The notes beneath the pieces were generated by a model. It ran no database searches and had not been told where the DNA came from. It worked only from the letters and a program-made list of their open reading frames with translations. Below, piece after piece: positions 31,119 to 39,392 of a stretch of 64,000 nt of DNA (position 1 is the first letter of the stretch; each line of letters opens with the position of its first letter). Source of the DNA: Flavobacterium sp. Lineage in GTDB: Bacteria; Bacteroidota; Bacteroidia; Flavobacteriales; Flavobacteriaceae. The position numbers and the translations under genes are program-made. The stretch spans positions 2,653,598-2,717,597 of the forward strand of contig NZ_CP136574.1 of the NCBI RefSeq assembly GCF_035195345.1, written 5' to 3'.

Positions 31119-31506
31119 AATATTCGTTTACAAAAGTTTTTTGACCTTCTCGGAATATATTGAAACAATTAAAGTTAATTATAATTCCTTTTGGGACTTT
31201 TAATAAGTTCATATAATTTAAAACTTGAGCATCATGAATTGGTTTTATTTCAGAAACAGACTTTAACTCGACTATTAAGCAATTTTCAACGAATAAATCA
31301 CAACGGAATTCAATATCAAGTTCTTTTCCTTTATAAACTACAGGAACTTTAAATTCGGAAACAAAATTTATATTTCTATTGGTTAATTCCTCTATAATAC
31401 ATTGTTGATAAACACTTTCTAATAATCCACTTCCCATGTTTTTATGTACTTCAATAGCCGCTCCAATAACTTTAAATGTGAGTTCGTCTAAATATTTCTG
31501 TGTCAT
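31096..31506 (-). CDS. GxxExxY protein (PD-(D/E)XK nuclease-like fold)
   Basis: GLLESVY motif; RCDLFVENCLIVELKS; AQVLNYM; GIIINF; 136 aa. Confidence 0.93.
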   Translation of the reverse strand: MTQKYLDELTFKVIGAAIEVHKNMGSGLLESVYQQCIIEELTNRNINFVSEFKVPVVYKGKELDIEFRCDLFVENCLIVELKSVSEIKPIHDAQVLNYMNLLKVPKGIIINFNCFNIFREGQKTFVNEYFKKLEKE

Positions 31507-31520
31507 ATTTTTTTTAATTT

Positions 31521-31624
31521 ACCACATTGAAACATAGATTAAAATTATTTCATTTACTCTATCTGTAAAAACAAGTTTTCTATAATAATCTCAACATAAA
31601 ATATACCTATGTATCTATGTGGTT
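31521..31624. repeat. Inverted-repeat element upstream of GxxExxY
   Basis: ACCACATTGAAACATAG (31521-31537) and CTATGTATCTATGTGGTT (31607-31624) are near-perfect inverted arms. Confidence 0.85.
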
Positions 31625-31643
31625 TTATTTTTTTTGTTTTAAT

Positions 31644-32669
31644 TTAAAAACGTTTCTTTCTAACTAATAACCAAATCACCACAGGTGCTCCAATTACTGA
31701 TGTTATTGCGTTTATTGGTAATGTAATATCATTTCCTGGAACTTGAGCAATCGTATCGCAACACAACATAACAATCGCACCAAGCAGAAGCGTACTCCAA
31801 AACAACACAAAATGATTACTCGTTTGAAACAACAATTTCGCCATATGTGGAACCGCCAACCCAATAAAAGCAATCGGACCTGCAAATGCGGTGATGCTTC
31901 CTGCTAAAATACTGGTTGCTATAATAATTAAAAAACGGGTTTTTTTATAGTTGATTCCTATACTTTGAGCGTATTTTTCTCCTAAAAGTAATGCGTTTAA
32001 AGGTTTTATAACCATAAAGCTAATAACTATTCCAATGAAAACAAAAACAGATAAAAGTGAAATTTCATTCCAAGATAAATTTGAAATACTTCCCATCGAC
32101 CAAAAAGTGAATTTCTGTAATTTTTCAGCCGAAGTAAAATACGACAAAACTGAAACAATCGCGCTGGTAAAACTTCCAAACATTAATCCTACAATTAAAA
32201 TGGCCATGGTGTCTTTCAGCTTTTGTGAAATTATTAAAACGGCCATAAAAACTAAAAAGCTACCTAAACTTGATGCTAAAATCAATCCGTAATTCGATAA
32301 AAAGAAAGTAGAAAGAAAAGTAGGTAAAAAGCCTGTTCCTAAAATGATAAAAGCCACTCCTAAACTTGCTCCAGAACTCAATCCTAAAACATAAGGTCCA
32401 GCTAATGGATTTCTAAACAACGTTTGCATTAATAAACCACTCATTGAAAGTCCAATTCCAACTAAAATAGCTGTTATGGCTTTTGGAAAGCGGAAATTCC
32501 ACAGAATAATTTCCCAACTTTTCTTACTCATTTCTTGCGATAAAAGTCCGTTAACCACTTCTTTCAAAGGAATAGAAACGGAACCTAAGCTAATATTAAC
32601 CAAAAACAAAAACACCATTGCTACAAGCAAGAGTATAAAAAGAAGGTTTTGTTTTTTGGTTAATGGCAT
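31644..32669 (-). CDS. FecCD/BtuC-family ABC permease
   Basis: LMQTLFRNPLAGPYVLGLSSGA, LLLGEKYAQSIG, IAFIGLAVPH. Confidence 0.92.
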   Translation of the reverse strand: MPLTKKQNLLFILLLVAMVFLFLVNISLGSVSIPLKEVVNGLLSQEMSKKSWEIILWNFRFPKAITAILVGIGLSMSGLLMQTLFRNPLAGPYVLGLSSGASLGVAFIILGTGFLPTFLSTFFLSNYGLILASSLGSFLVFMAVLIISQKLKDTMAILIVGLMFGSFTSAIVSVLSYFTSAEKLQKFTFWSMGSISNLSWNEISLLSVFVFIGIVISFMVIKPLNALLLGEKYAQSIGINYKKTRFLIIIATSILAGSITAFAGPIAFIGLAVPHMAKLLFQTSNHFVLFWSTLLLGAIVMLCCDTIAQVPGNDITLPINAITSVIGAPVVIWLLVRKKRF

Positions 32670-32708
32670 GCGCTGAATTTTTGGCTAAATTACGTTTTTT
32701 GGGATTTT

Positions 32709-32840
32709 AAACACATAGGCACATAGAAAAAATTAAAGTAAATTACTGTTAAAGCTATTTCATTACCACATAGCTATGTTGACTATGTAAAGTGAAACGC
32801 CTAAAATCGACATAAAGTTGAGCTATGTGACTATGTGTTT
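32709..32840. repeat. ~132-bp REP/MITE-like element, copy 1
   Basis: Arms AAACACATAGGCACATAG and CTATGTGACTATGTGTTT (17/18 inverted match); internal CACATAGCTATGTTGACTATGT. Confidence 0.85.
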
Positions 32841-32863
32841 CAATTTGAAGCTAGGTTTCAATT

Positions 32864-33994
32864 TTACTTTAACTTTTCAAAAAAGAACAATTCATGATTT
32901 GGCAACACTTCAGGGTGTAAAATCTTTACAATATCTTTTAAAACTAAATCAGGTCTATTTTGCGCTAATTCGTAATAAATTACGCCACCTGTTTTGCCTT
33001 TTTTAGTACTAAACGAATACACTTTTTTGTTCTTAACTGCTTTGAAATGAATGTAATTTGGGTTGTTATCTAAAATTTCTTGTATCGAAGTAAATTGTCC
33101 TGGACCAATCCAAAAATCAGCGTCTTTTGCTTTGTCTAAAACACTTTCGAAGGACAAAGCTAAACTTCCGGTTCCTTTAGAATCTTTCCACAAATAATTT
33201 CCGTTGCCTTCTTTTAAGAAATAGGCTGCCCAACTATCGCCTTGCGGTAAAAACCATTGGTCTTCGTAAATAGCTCCTGCAAAAATCTTAGGTTGGGTTT
33301 TAGTGTTTTTAGCTAATGCTATTACCGAATTGTATTCTTTCTCAATCGAATTAAAGATTTCTGTCGCCTTTTTGTCTAAATCATATAAAGCACCAAAAAA
33401 CTTAATCCATTCGGCTTTTCCCAAAGGTGTTTTTTCGGTCCAATCGCCGTTAAAGATTATTTTCTGACTGTTTTTTTCTAAGTTTTTGTAGGTTTTTAAA
33501 TCGCCATCCACACTAAATCCTACGATTACATCAGGTTGAATGTCTAAAATAACTTCTGTATTTAATCCTTGATTGGAACCTAAATCCCTCACTTTTCCAG
33601 CATCGATTATTGCTCTTGTTTTTTCAGAAGAAATATATTGTGTGGTTGGAAAACCAATTAAAGTATTTTCTACTCCTAATGATTCTAAAGCTGGAATATG
33701 AGTTGTTGAAGTAACGATTACTTTTTTAATTGGAACTTCAATCGAAGTAAATTGTTGTAAGCTATCTGGAATTTGAACACCTTTTTTATGAAGTATATAT
33801 GTATAATCATCTTTAGCTTCAGGATAAGCGTTAGAAACTTTTACAACCGAAAAGCCATCGTATTTTTCAATAGAAAATCCTTCCGCATGTTGAATATAGT
33901 TTTGGACTGAATTAGAAAGACTTGTTGAGTTTTCCGATTCTTTACATTGGATAAATCCTAAAAATAAAACAACTAAAAAGATATAATGGCGCAT
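32864..33994 (-). CDS. Cobalamin/iron ABC substrate-binding lipoprotein (BtuF-like)
   Basis: Lipobox FIQC; TSTTH, EKTPLGKAEWIK, PDLVLKD; TACTTTTG box at 34009-34016 on the minus strand. Confidence 0.88.
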   Translation of the reverse strand: MRHYIFLVVLFLGFIQCKESENSTSLSNSVQNYIQHAEGFSIEKYDGFSVVKVSNAYPEAKDDYTYILHKKGVQIPDSLQQFTSIEVPIKKVIVTSTTHIPALESLGVENTLIGFPTTQYISSEKTRAIIDAGKVRDLGSNQGLNTEVILDIQPDVIVGFSVDGDLKTYKNLEKNSQKIIFNGDWTEKTPLGKAEWIKFFGALYDLDKKATEIFNSIEKEYNSVIALAKNTKTQPKIFAGAIYEDQWFLPQGDSWAAYFLKEGNGNYLWKDSKGTGSLALSFESVLDKAKDADFWIGPGQFTSIQEILDNNPNYIHFKAVKNKKVYSFSTKKGKTGGVIYYELAQNRPDLVLKDIVKILHPEVLPNHELFFFEKLK

Positions 33995-34124
33995 GAAAAT
34001 GTTTTTTGCAAAAGTAGTTTTTTATTTTCTGCTCGCAAAGATGCAAAGGTTTTTTCATGTAACTTTGTGTAACAAATAAGACAGAAAGAAACTAATAAAA
34101 CCACTAAATTTGTCATAAAAAAAC

Positions 34125-34232
34125 ATGAGAACAGATTCAAATGCTTTCCTTTATGCAGTAGCAACAATTATTTTAGCACATTTTGTAATTGGCTTTATTT
34201 GGTTGTGGCGTAAGATGAATAAGAAGAAGTAA
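34125..34232 (+). CDS. Uncalled 35-aa single-pass membrane protein
   Basis: MRTDSNAFLYAVATIILAHFVIGFIWLWRKMNKKK*; hydrophobic core, basic tail, A-rich leader and upstream TAnnTTTG boxes (34060, 34105). Confidence 0.6.
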   Translation: MRTDSNAFLYAVATIILAHFVIGFIWLWRKMNKKK

Positions 34233-34233
34233 G

Positions 34234-34776
34234 TTACAATTTAAAATTTATTGGAATAGCGTAAATAACTTTAACAATTTTACCTCTTTGTGTTGCAGGA
34301 ATAAAATTGGGTAATAAATTAATTATTCTTTTTGCTTCTGCTTCAAAAAGTATTCCATATTCATTTCTTAAGTTCGATTTTACTCTTTCAACTGATATTT
34401 TTCCGTCTTTTTCAATTTCAAATGTAACGAAAACTCGAGCTTCAATTTTATTTTCTTTCGCTTCTTCAGGATATTTTAAATGTTTTTCAATATGTTTTTT
34501 AATTTCTTCTTGAAAACATTCTCTTTGCAAGTTTTTTTCAATTTTTTCGCATGAACCAAAAAGCGGAACTTGTTCAACTACTGCAAAAGGGATTGCCGTA
34601 TTTTCAAACTCTAAATCTCTAACTGTATCTGCTTCTTGGACTAAAACATTTTGAGGATCTGAAACTTTAACTTCACGCACTTCAATTTTTTGAGCTTGTG
34701 TAAATGTAAAACTAAAGATGAACAAACTTAAAACTAAAATTCTCATTTTGAATTTATTTAAAAATATGAAATTCAA
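34234..34776 (-). CDS. TonB C-terminal-domain protein
   Basis: VVEQVPLF, LKYPEEAKENKIEARVFVTFEIEKDG, IPATQRGK, YAIPINFKL. Confidence 0.85.
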   Translation of the reverse strand: MNFIFLNKFKMRILVLSLFIFSFTFTQAQKIEVREVKVSDPQNVLVQEADTVRDLEFENTAIPFAVVEQVPLFGSCEKIEKNLQRECFQEEIKKHIEKHLKYPEEAKENKIEARVFVTFEIEKDGKISVERVKSNLRNEYGILFEAEAKRIINLLPNFIPATQRGKIVKVIYAIPINFKL

Positions 34777-34813
34777 AGATATAAATTAAGATTGTAAACT
34801 TTTAAAAAATACT

Positions 34814-34821
34814 TACCTTTG
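34814..34821 (+). promoter_or_regulatory. Bacteroidota -7 promoter box for the riboswitch-btuB transcript
   Basis: TACCTTTG immediately 5' of the riboswitch. Confidence 0.65.
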
Positions 34822-34829
34822 CCCTCGAA

Positions 34830-35003
34830 TTTTGGTTGTTGTTTCTGAATTTTTCAAAACAACATTAAAAGGGAATTAGGTGTAATACCTAAGCTGTACC
34901 CGCAACTGTAAGCTATTAAGCTTGTTATTATCTACAATACCATTGTTCGCCTTGGCGAATGAGAAGGTTGATAACAAGACGCAAGCCAGGAGACCTGCCA
35001 CAT
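34830..35003 (+). promoter_or_regulatory. Cobalamin riboswitch
   Basis: AAAAGGGAA-TTAGGTGTAATACCTAA-GCTGTACCCGCAACTGTAA...ACCATTG...GAGAAGG...B12 box AAGCCAGGAGACCTGCC, upstream of a TonB-dependent receptor. Confidence 0.95.
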
Positions 35004-35100
35004 TCATTGAGTAACAAACTTTCGGGAAAAAAAGTTTGAGTATGGGTAAATTCTGTGCTTTTCTCCCAAATTATTAATTATTGATTGAAGTGATTGGTTT

Positions 35101-35233
35101 AAACACATAGTCACATAGTGTTTAGTTTATTTTAAAGGCTGTTTTAGAAAATGATTTTTACACATAGCACTATGTTGTCTATGTTAAATGAAATGCCTTT
35201 TTATGTTCTATTTCATCTACGATTCTATGTGTT
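35101..35233. repeat. ~133-bp REP/MITE-like element, copy 2
   Basis: Left arm AAACACATAGTCACATAG; internal CACATAGCACTATGTTGTCTATGTTAAATGAAATGCCT; degenerate right arm CTACGATTCTATGTGTT. Confidence 0.8.
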
Positions 35234-35270
35234 GAAAAAATTATTTCAGCATGTTTTTATTAACCCTAAA

Positions 35271-37208
35271 ATGAACAAAAAGTTTATTGGCTTAAGTGTA
35301 TTTACACTAGCTACTGCTTTTGCGTATGCACAAGAAACAGATACGCTAAAGGTGACCAATCTTAAAGAAGTGGTCGTTTCGGACACTAAATTTGCGCAAA
35401 GCAAAGAAAAATCAGGTAAAATTATTGAAGTCATTACATCGCAAGACTTAGAAGCAAAAAAAGGTCAAAATTTGGCTAACGTTTTGAGTCAAGTGGCTGG
35501 AGTGGAAATCAACGGGAATCAATCGTTTGGTGGAAAAAATTTAGGCTATTACATTCGTGGTGGTCGTAATCGTCAAGTTGCGATTTACATTGATGGTGTT
35601 CCAGTAACAGATGCTTCAGGAATTAATTTGGAGTATGATTTACGTTTGATTCCAGTGGAACAAATCGAGAAAATTGAAGTAATGAAAGGCGCTTCAAGTA
35701 CGTTATACGGAACTGGAGCAGCAACTGGAGTTATCAATATTACGTTAAAAAAATCAGCAAAAAAAGAAATTTCAGGGAATGCGTACATGAATATGGGAAC
35801 GCAAAATACTTCGGAAACTTCAAAAACAAGTGCACAAGATTTCAATCAGGGTGTATCGCTTAACGGAACCATTAATAAAGTTTCGTACATGACCACTTTA
35901 AATAGTACGGAGACCAAAGGAATGTCGGAAGCAGCAGGAGAAAATTTTGAAGAAGATTCATTTTCAAGAGTAAATGTGTTACAGAAAATGGGTTTCAAGG
36001 CGAATGATCAATTAAGTTTTGAGTTTTTTGGAAATTACGACCGAATTAAAAATACGTTTGACAATTCGTTTGATGGTTTTATTGCAAATTCTGATGATTT
36101 GAACAACAATAGTTTTTCGGAACAATTTAGAATTGGTTTTTTGCCAAAATACAAATACAATAAAGGAGAATTTGCAATTAATGCAGGAGTATCTACTATA
36201 GATAGAACAATAAATATCTCAAATTCTTGGTCTGGAACAGTTGATACATACAACTATACTGGTAGAACGGCATCTATCGACGCTTTTAATAAATACAATT
36301 TCAGTAAACAAGTATATTTAGTGGTTGGCGCTCAATATCAATATTTCGATATGACGCAAAAAGACGCTTATACCGATGTAGCAAGAGAAGGAGCAAAGTT
36401 CAATTTATTAGATCCTTATGCAACTGTTGTGTTTAATTCTGAATTTGGTTTGAACATTAACGCTGGAGCTCGTTTCAATACACATAGTGAATACGGAAAT
36501 CAAGTAGTGTATAATTTCAATCCGAGTTATTCATTTGAGAACTTACCTTTGAAAGTTTTAGCTTCTTATAGCACAGCTTTCATCACGCCAAGTTTATATC
36601 AATTATATGGTCCTTATGGAAATTTAGATTTAACTCCAGAAGAAAATGCTACGGCAGAATTAGGTTTTGAATCGCAATTATTAGACAAGAAATTAACCAT
36701 TAATGCAGTTGGTTTTTATAGAGAAGAGGGAAATACGTTTGGATTTTACACCAATCCAGTAACTTTTGTATCAAACTATATTAATATTGACGCCACTTTC
36801 AATGCAAAAGGAGTAGAAGCAAGTATTCGATACAATTTATCTGAAAGATTTAATATCGGAGGAAACTATACTTTCACAGAAGTTGAAAAACAATTAAACC
36901 GTTTAATTCCCAAACACAAAGGAAATGTAGATTTGAATTACAAATTTAAAAGAGGAACATTTGGAATCAATTATCAATTTGTTGATAAAAGAAGTGATGC
37001 TTATTATGATTCGAATATTTGGGCAACACAAGCTGTTAATTTAGCAACTTATCAATTGGTTAATTCTAATATTTCATACGAGTTGCTACCAAATCGTTTG
37101 CAAATATTTGGAGCAGTAACTAATATTTTAAACGACGATTTTCAAGAAGTAATTGGTTATAATACCAGAGGAAGAAATTACAAATTAGGTTTGAATTTTC
37201 TGTTTTAG
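35271..37208 (+). CDS. btuB: TonB-dependent cobalamin receptor
   Basis: Plug motifs (LKEVVVS, IRGG, IYIDGVP, IEVMKGASSTLYG, GVINI), C-terminal F, under a cobalamin riboswitch; signal peptide starts at ATG 35271. Confidence 0.88.
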   Translation: MNKKFIGLSVFTLATAFAYAQETDTLKVTNLKEVVVSDTKFAQSKEKSGKIIEVITSQDLEAKKGQNLANVLSQVAGVEINGNQSFGGKNLGYYIRGGRNRQVAIYIDGVPVTDASGINLEYDLRLIPVEQIEKIEVMKGASSTLYGTGAATGVINITLKKSAKKEISGNAYMNMGTQNTSETSKTSAQDFNQGVSLNGTINKVSYMTTLNSTETKGMSEAAGENFEEDSFSRVNVLQKMGFKANDQLSFEFFGNYDRIKNTFDNSFDGFIANSDDLNNNSFSEQFRIGFLPKYKYNKGEFAINAGVSTIDRTINISNSWSGTVDTYNYTGRTASIDAFNKYNFSKQVYLVVGAQYQYFDMTQKDAYTDVAREGAKFNLLDPYATVVFNSEFGLNINAGARFNTHSEYGNQVVYNFNPSYSFENLPLKVLASYSTAFITPSLYQLYGPYGNLDLTPEENATAELGFESQLLDKKLTINAVGFYREEGNTFGFYTNPVTFVSNYINIDATFNAKGVEASIRYNLSERFNIGGNYTFTEVEKQLNRLIPKHKGNVDLNYKFKRGTFGINYQFVDKRSDAYYDSNIWATQAVNLATYQLVNSNISYELLPNRLQIFGAVTNILNDDFQEVIGYNTRGRNYKLGLNFLF

Positions 37209-37230
37209 ATAAAGTTTAATTATTTGATTT

Positions 37231-37266
37231 TAAAAGGTTTTGGTATTTATTTATCAAAACCTTTTT
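37231..37266 (+). terminator. Intrinsic terminator after btuB
   Basis: AAAAGGTTTTG...CAAAACCTTTTTT. Confidence 0.7.
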
Positions 37267-37322
37267 TCTTTTTGTAACAAAAATAAATTACATTCGTCTT
37301 CATTATAAACCAACTAACTAAA

Positions 37323-37838
37323 ATGAATCAAAACGAGTTTGTACAAATAATTACTCCTTTTAAGGATAAGTTATTTCGTTTAGCGAAACGAATGCTCGTG
37401 AGTACGGAGGAAGCAGAAGATGCTACTCAAGAAGTTTTGGTAAGGTTGTGGAATAAAAACAGTTCTTTGGAACAATATAATAGTGTGGAAGCCTTGGCAA
37501 TGACGATGACCAAAAATTATTGTTTGGATCAACTAAAAAGCAAGAGAGCTACTAATTTGCAAATTGTACATAACAATTATCAAGACAAGCAAGCTAGTGT
37601 TGAAACACAAATTGAACATCAAAATACGTTGCAGTGGGCCGAAAAGTTAATAAACAATTTACCCGAACAACAACGATTGATATTACAACTAAGAGAAATT
37701 GAAGAATACGAATTTTCAGAAATTGCTCAAGTATTAGAAATGAATGAAACAGCGGTTCGAGTAGCTTTATCAAGAGCACGAAAAACCTTAAGAGAACAAA
37801 TAGAAAAAACACATAATTATGGAACTCAAGTTAGTTGA
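37323..37838 (+). CDS. ECF RNA polymerase sigma factor
   Basis: AEDATQEVLVRLW (region 2); LPEQQRLILQLRE...SEIAQVL...RVALSRAR (region 4). Confidence 0.92.
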   Translation: MNQNEFVQIITPFKDKLFRLAKRMLVSTEEAEDATQEVLVRLWNKNSSLEQYNSVEALAMTMTKNYCLDQLKSKRATNLQIVHNNYQDKQASVETQIEHQNTLQWAEKLINNLPEQQRLILQLREIEEYEFSEIAQVLEMNETAVRVALSRARKTLREQIEKTHNYGTQVS

Positions 37839-38262
37839 ACAATTATTGGAAAAATACTTTCAAGGAGAAACTACAATAGCAGAAGAAAAACAATTAAAGG
37901 CCTATTTTTCTTCCAATGATGTGGCGCCACATTTGGCAAAATATCAATCGCTGTTTGGTTACTTTGAAATGCAAAAAGGAACGCAATTCGAGCAAAAACT
38001 TCCATTAGAACCCAGAAAACAAAGAACTGTAAAATGGATGGGTATCGCAGCAAGTTTTGTTGTACTTTTTGGATTGGCAACCTTCTATTTTTATCCGTCT
38101 GAACCTAAGAATGAAGATTTAGGAACGTACGATAATCCAGAAGAAGCCTTTGCCGCGACACAGAAAGCATTGTTAATGGTTTCAGAACAAGTAAATATTG
38201 GCATGGAAAGTGTAGTCTATTTAGAAGAATACGAAAAAACAAAAAAAACAATTTTTAAATAA
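37819..38262 (+). CDS. Putative anti-sigma factor
   Basis: LLEKYFQGETTIAEE N-terminus and a central TM helix; overlaps the sigma gene. Confidence 0.7.
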   Translation: MELKLVEQLLEKYFQGETTIAEEKQLKAYFSSNDVAPHLAKYQSLFGYFEMQKGTQFEQKLPLEPRKQRTVKWMGIAASFVVLFGLATFYFYPSEPKNEDLGTYDNPEEAFAATQKALLMVSEQVNIGMESVVYLEEYEKTKKTIFK

Positions 38263-38270
38263 GAGAAAGA

Positions 38271-38801
38271 ATGAAAAATTTAGTAGTAGTTATAGCGTTT
38301 TTATTGGCATCAACGGTTTCTTTTGCTCAAAATACAGCGTTTGATAAATATGAAGACAATCCAATGATTCAATCGGTTATTGTAAATAAAACGATGTTTC
38401 AAATGATGAGTAAAGTTAAAGCTGATCCAAAAGATAAAGAATTACAGCAATATTTTAATTTACTAAAAAAATTAGACAACTTAAAAGTGTTTACAACTAG
38501 TAATGCAAAAATTAGTGCAGATATGAAAGCAACTGTAAATAGTTATTTAAAATCGAACCCTTTAGAAGAATTAATGCGTGTTAATGGCGATGGAAAAAAC
38601 GTAAAGATTTATGTAAAATCAGGTGCTAACGAAAATATTGTTAGAGAACTTTTAATGTTTATTGAAGGTGCGAATATGAAAGATGCTAGTACAGTTGTTT
38701 TATCTTTAACAGGTAATTTTAGTTTGGATGAAATTTCTATGTTAACAGAAAAAATGAGCTTGCCAGGTGGTGATGATTTGAAAAAAGCTTCTAAAAAATA
38801 A
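38271..38801 (+). CDS. DUF4252 family protein
   Basis: Signal peptide; LKVFTT, EELMRVN, ELLMF, VLSLTG. Confidence 0.85.
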   Translation: MKNLVVVIAFLLASTVSFAQNTAFDKYEDNPMIQSVIVNKTMFQMMSKVKADPKDKELQQYFNLLKKLDNLKVFTTSNAKISADMKATVNSYLKSNPLEELMRVNGDGKNVKIYVKSGANENIVRELLMFIEGANMKDASTVVLSLTGNFSLDEISMLTEKMSLPGGDDLKKASKK

Positions 38802-38804
38802 GCC

Positions 38805-39338
38805 ATGAAAAAGTTATTATTGCTAGTTTCTGTTGTGATGTTACTTTGCAGTTGCGAAGACAAGCCTTCACTTCAAAAGTATTTCGTAGAGAATACAGAA
38901 TCTTCTAAGTTTATTGCTGTTGATTTAGCTCCTAGTATTATTAAAACCGATAAAATGGCATTGTCTGAAACAGAAATAGCGGCTTTAAAATCGTTTGAAA
39001 AAATGAATATTTTAGCTTTTAGAACTGATTCTACAAATAGTGTTGGTTATGAAGAAGAAATAAAAGAAGTAAAAACCATTTTAAAAGATGAAAGCTATCA
39101 GCAATTAATGAAAGCAGGTTCTGGTAATGATGGTGCTGCTATTTATTTTGTGGGCGAAGATGATGAACATATTGAAGAATTTGTAGTCTTAGTAGGTAAA
39201 AAAGAAAATGGATTTGCAGTAGTACGTGTTCTTGGAAAAGATATTAATCCGACACATATTATGAACATGCTTAGTTTGCTCCAAAAATCACAAGTTAATT
39301 TAGATCAATTGAAACCACTTCAACAATTAATGAACTAA
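38805..39338 (+). CDS. DUF4252 family lipoprotein
   Basis: Lipobox LCSC; SLQKYFVE, FAVVRVLG. Confidence 0.8.
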   Translation: MKKLLLLVSVVMLLCSCEDKPSLQKYFVENTESSKFIAVDLAPSIIKTDKMALSETEIAALKSFEKMNILAFRTDSTNSVGYEEEIKEVKTILKDESYQQLMKAGSGNDGAAIYFVGEDDEHIEEFVVLVGKKENGFAVVRVLGKDINPTHIMNMLSLLQKSQVNLDQLKPLQQLMN

Positions 39339-39392
39339 AAAATCCCGTAGAATAGTGTCTAACTTTGTAAGGTAGTCGAGAAGTAGAATTTT

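Noticed and set aside
28094-31506. RmuC plus GxxExxY as an anti-phage defence island
   Set aside because: RmuC is a core gene here and the two are separated by housekeeping genes; no other defence genes are nearby.
32818-33006. 62-aa plus-strand ORF
   Set aside because: Starts inside the repeat arm and is antisense to btuF; no protein-like features.
35151-35270. 40-aa N-terminal extension of BtuB in the ORF track
   Set aside because: It runs through the repeat element and leader; the signal peptide starts at ATG 35271.
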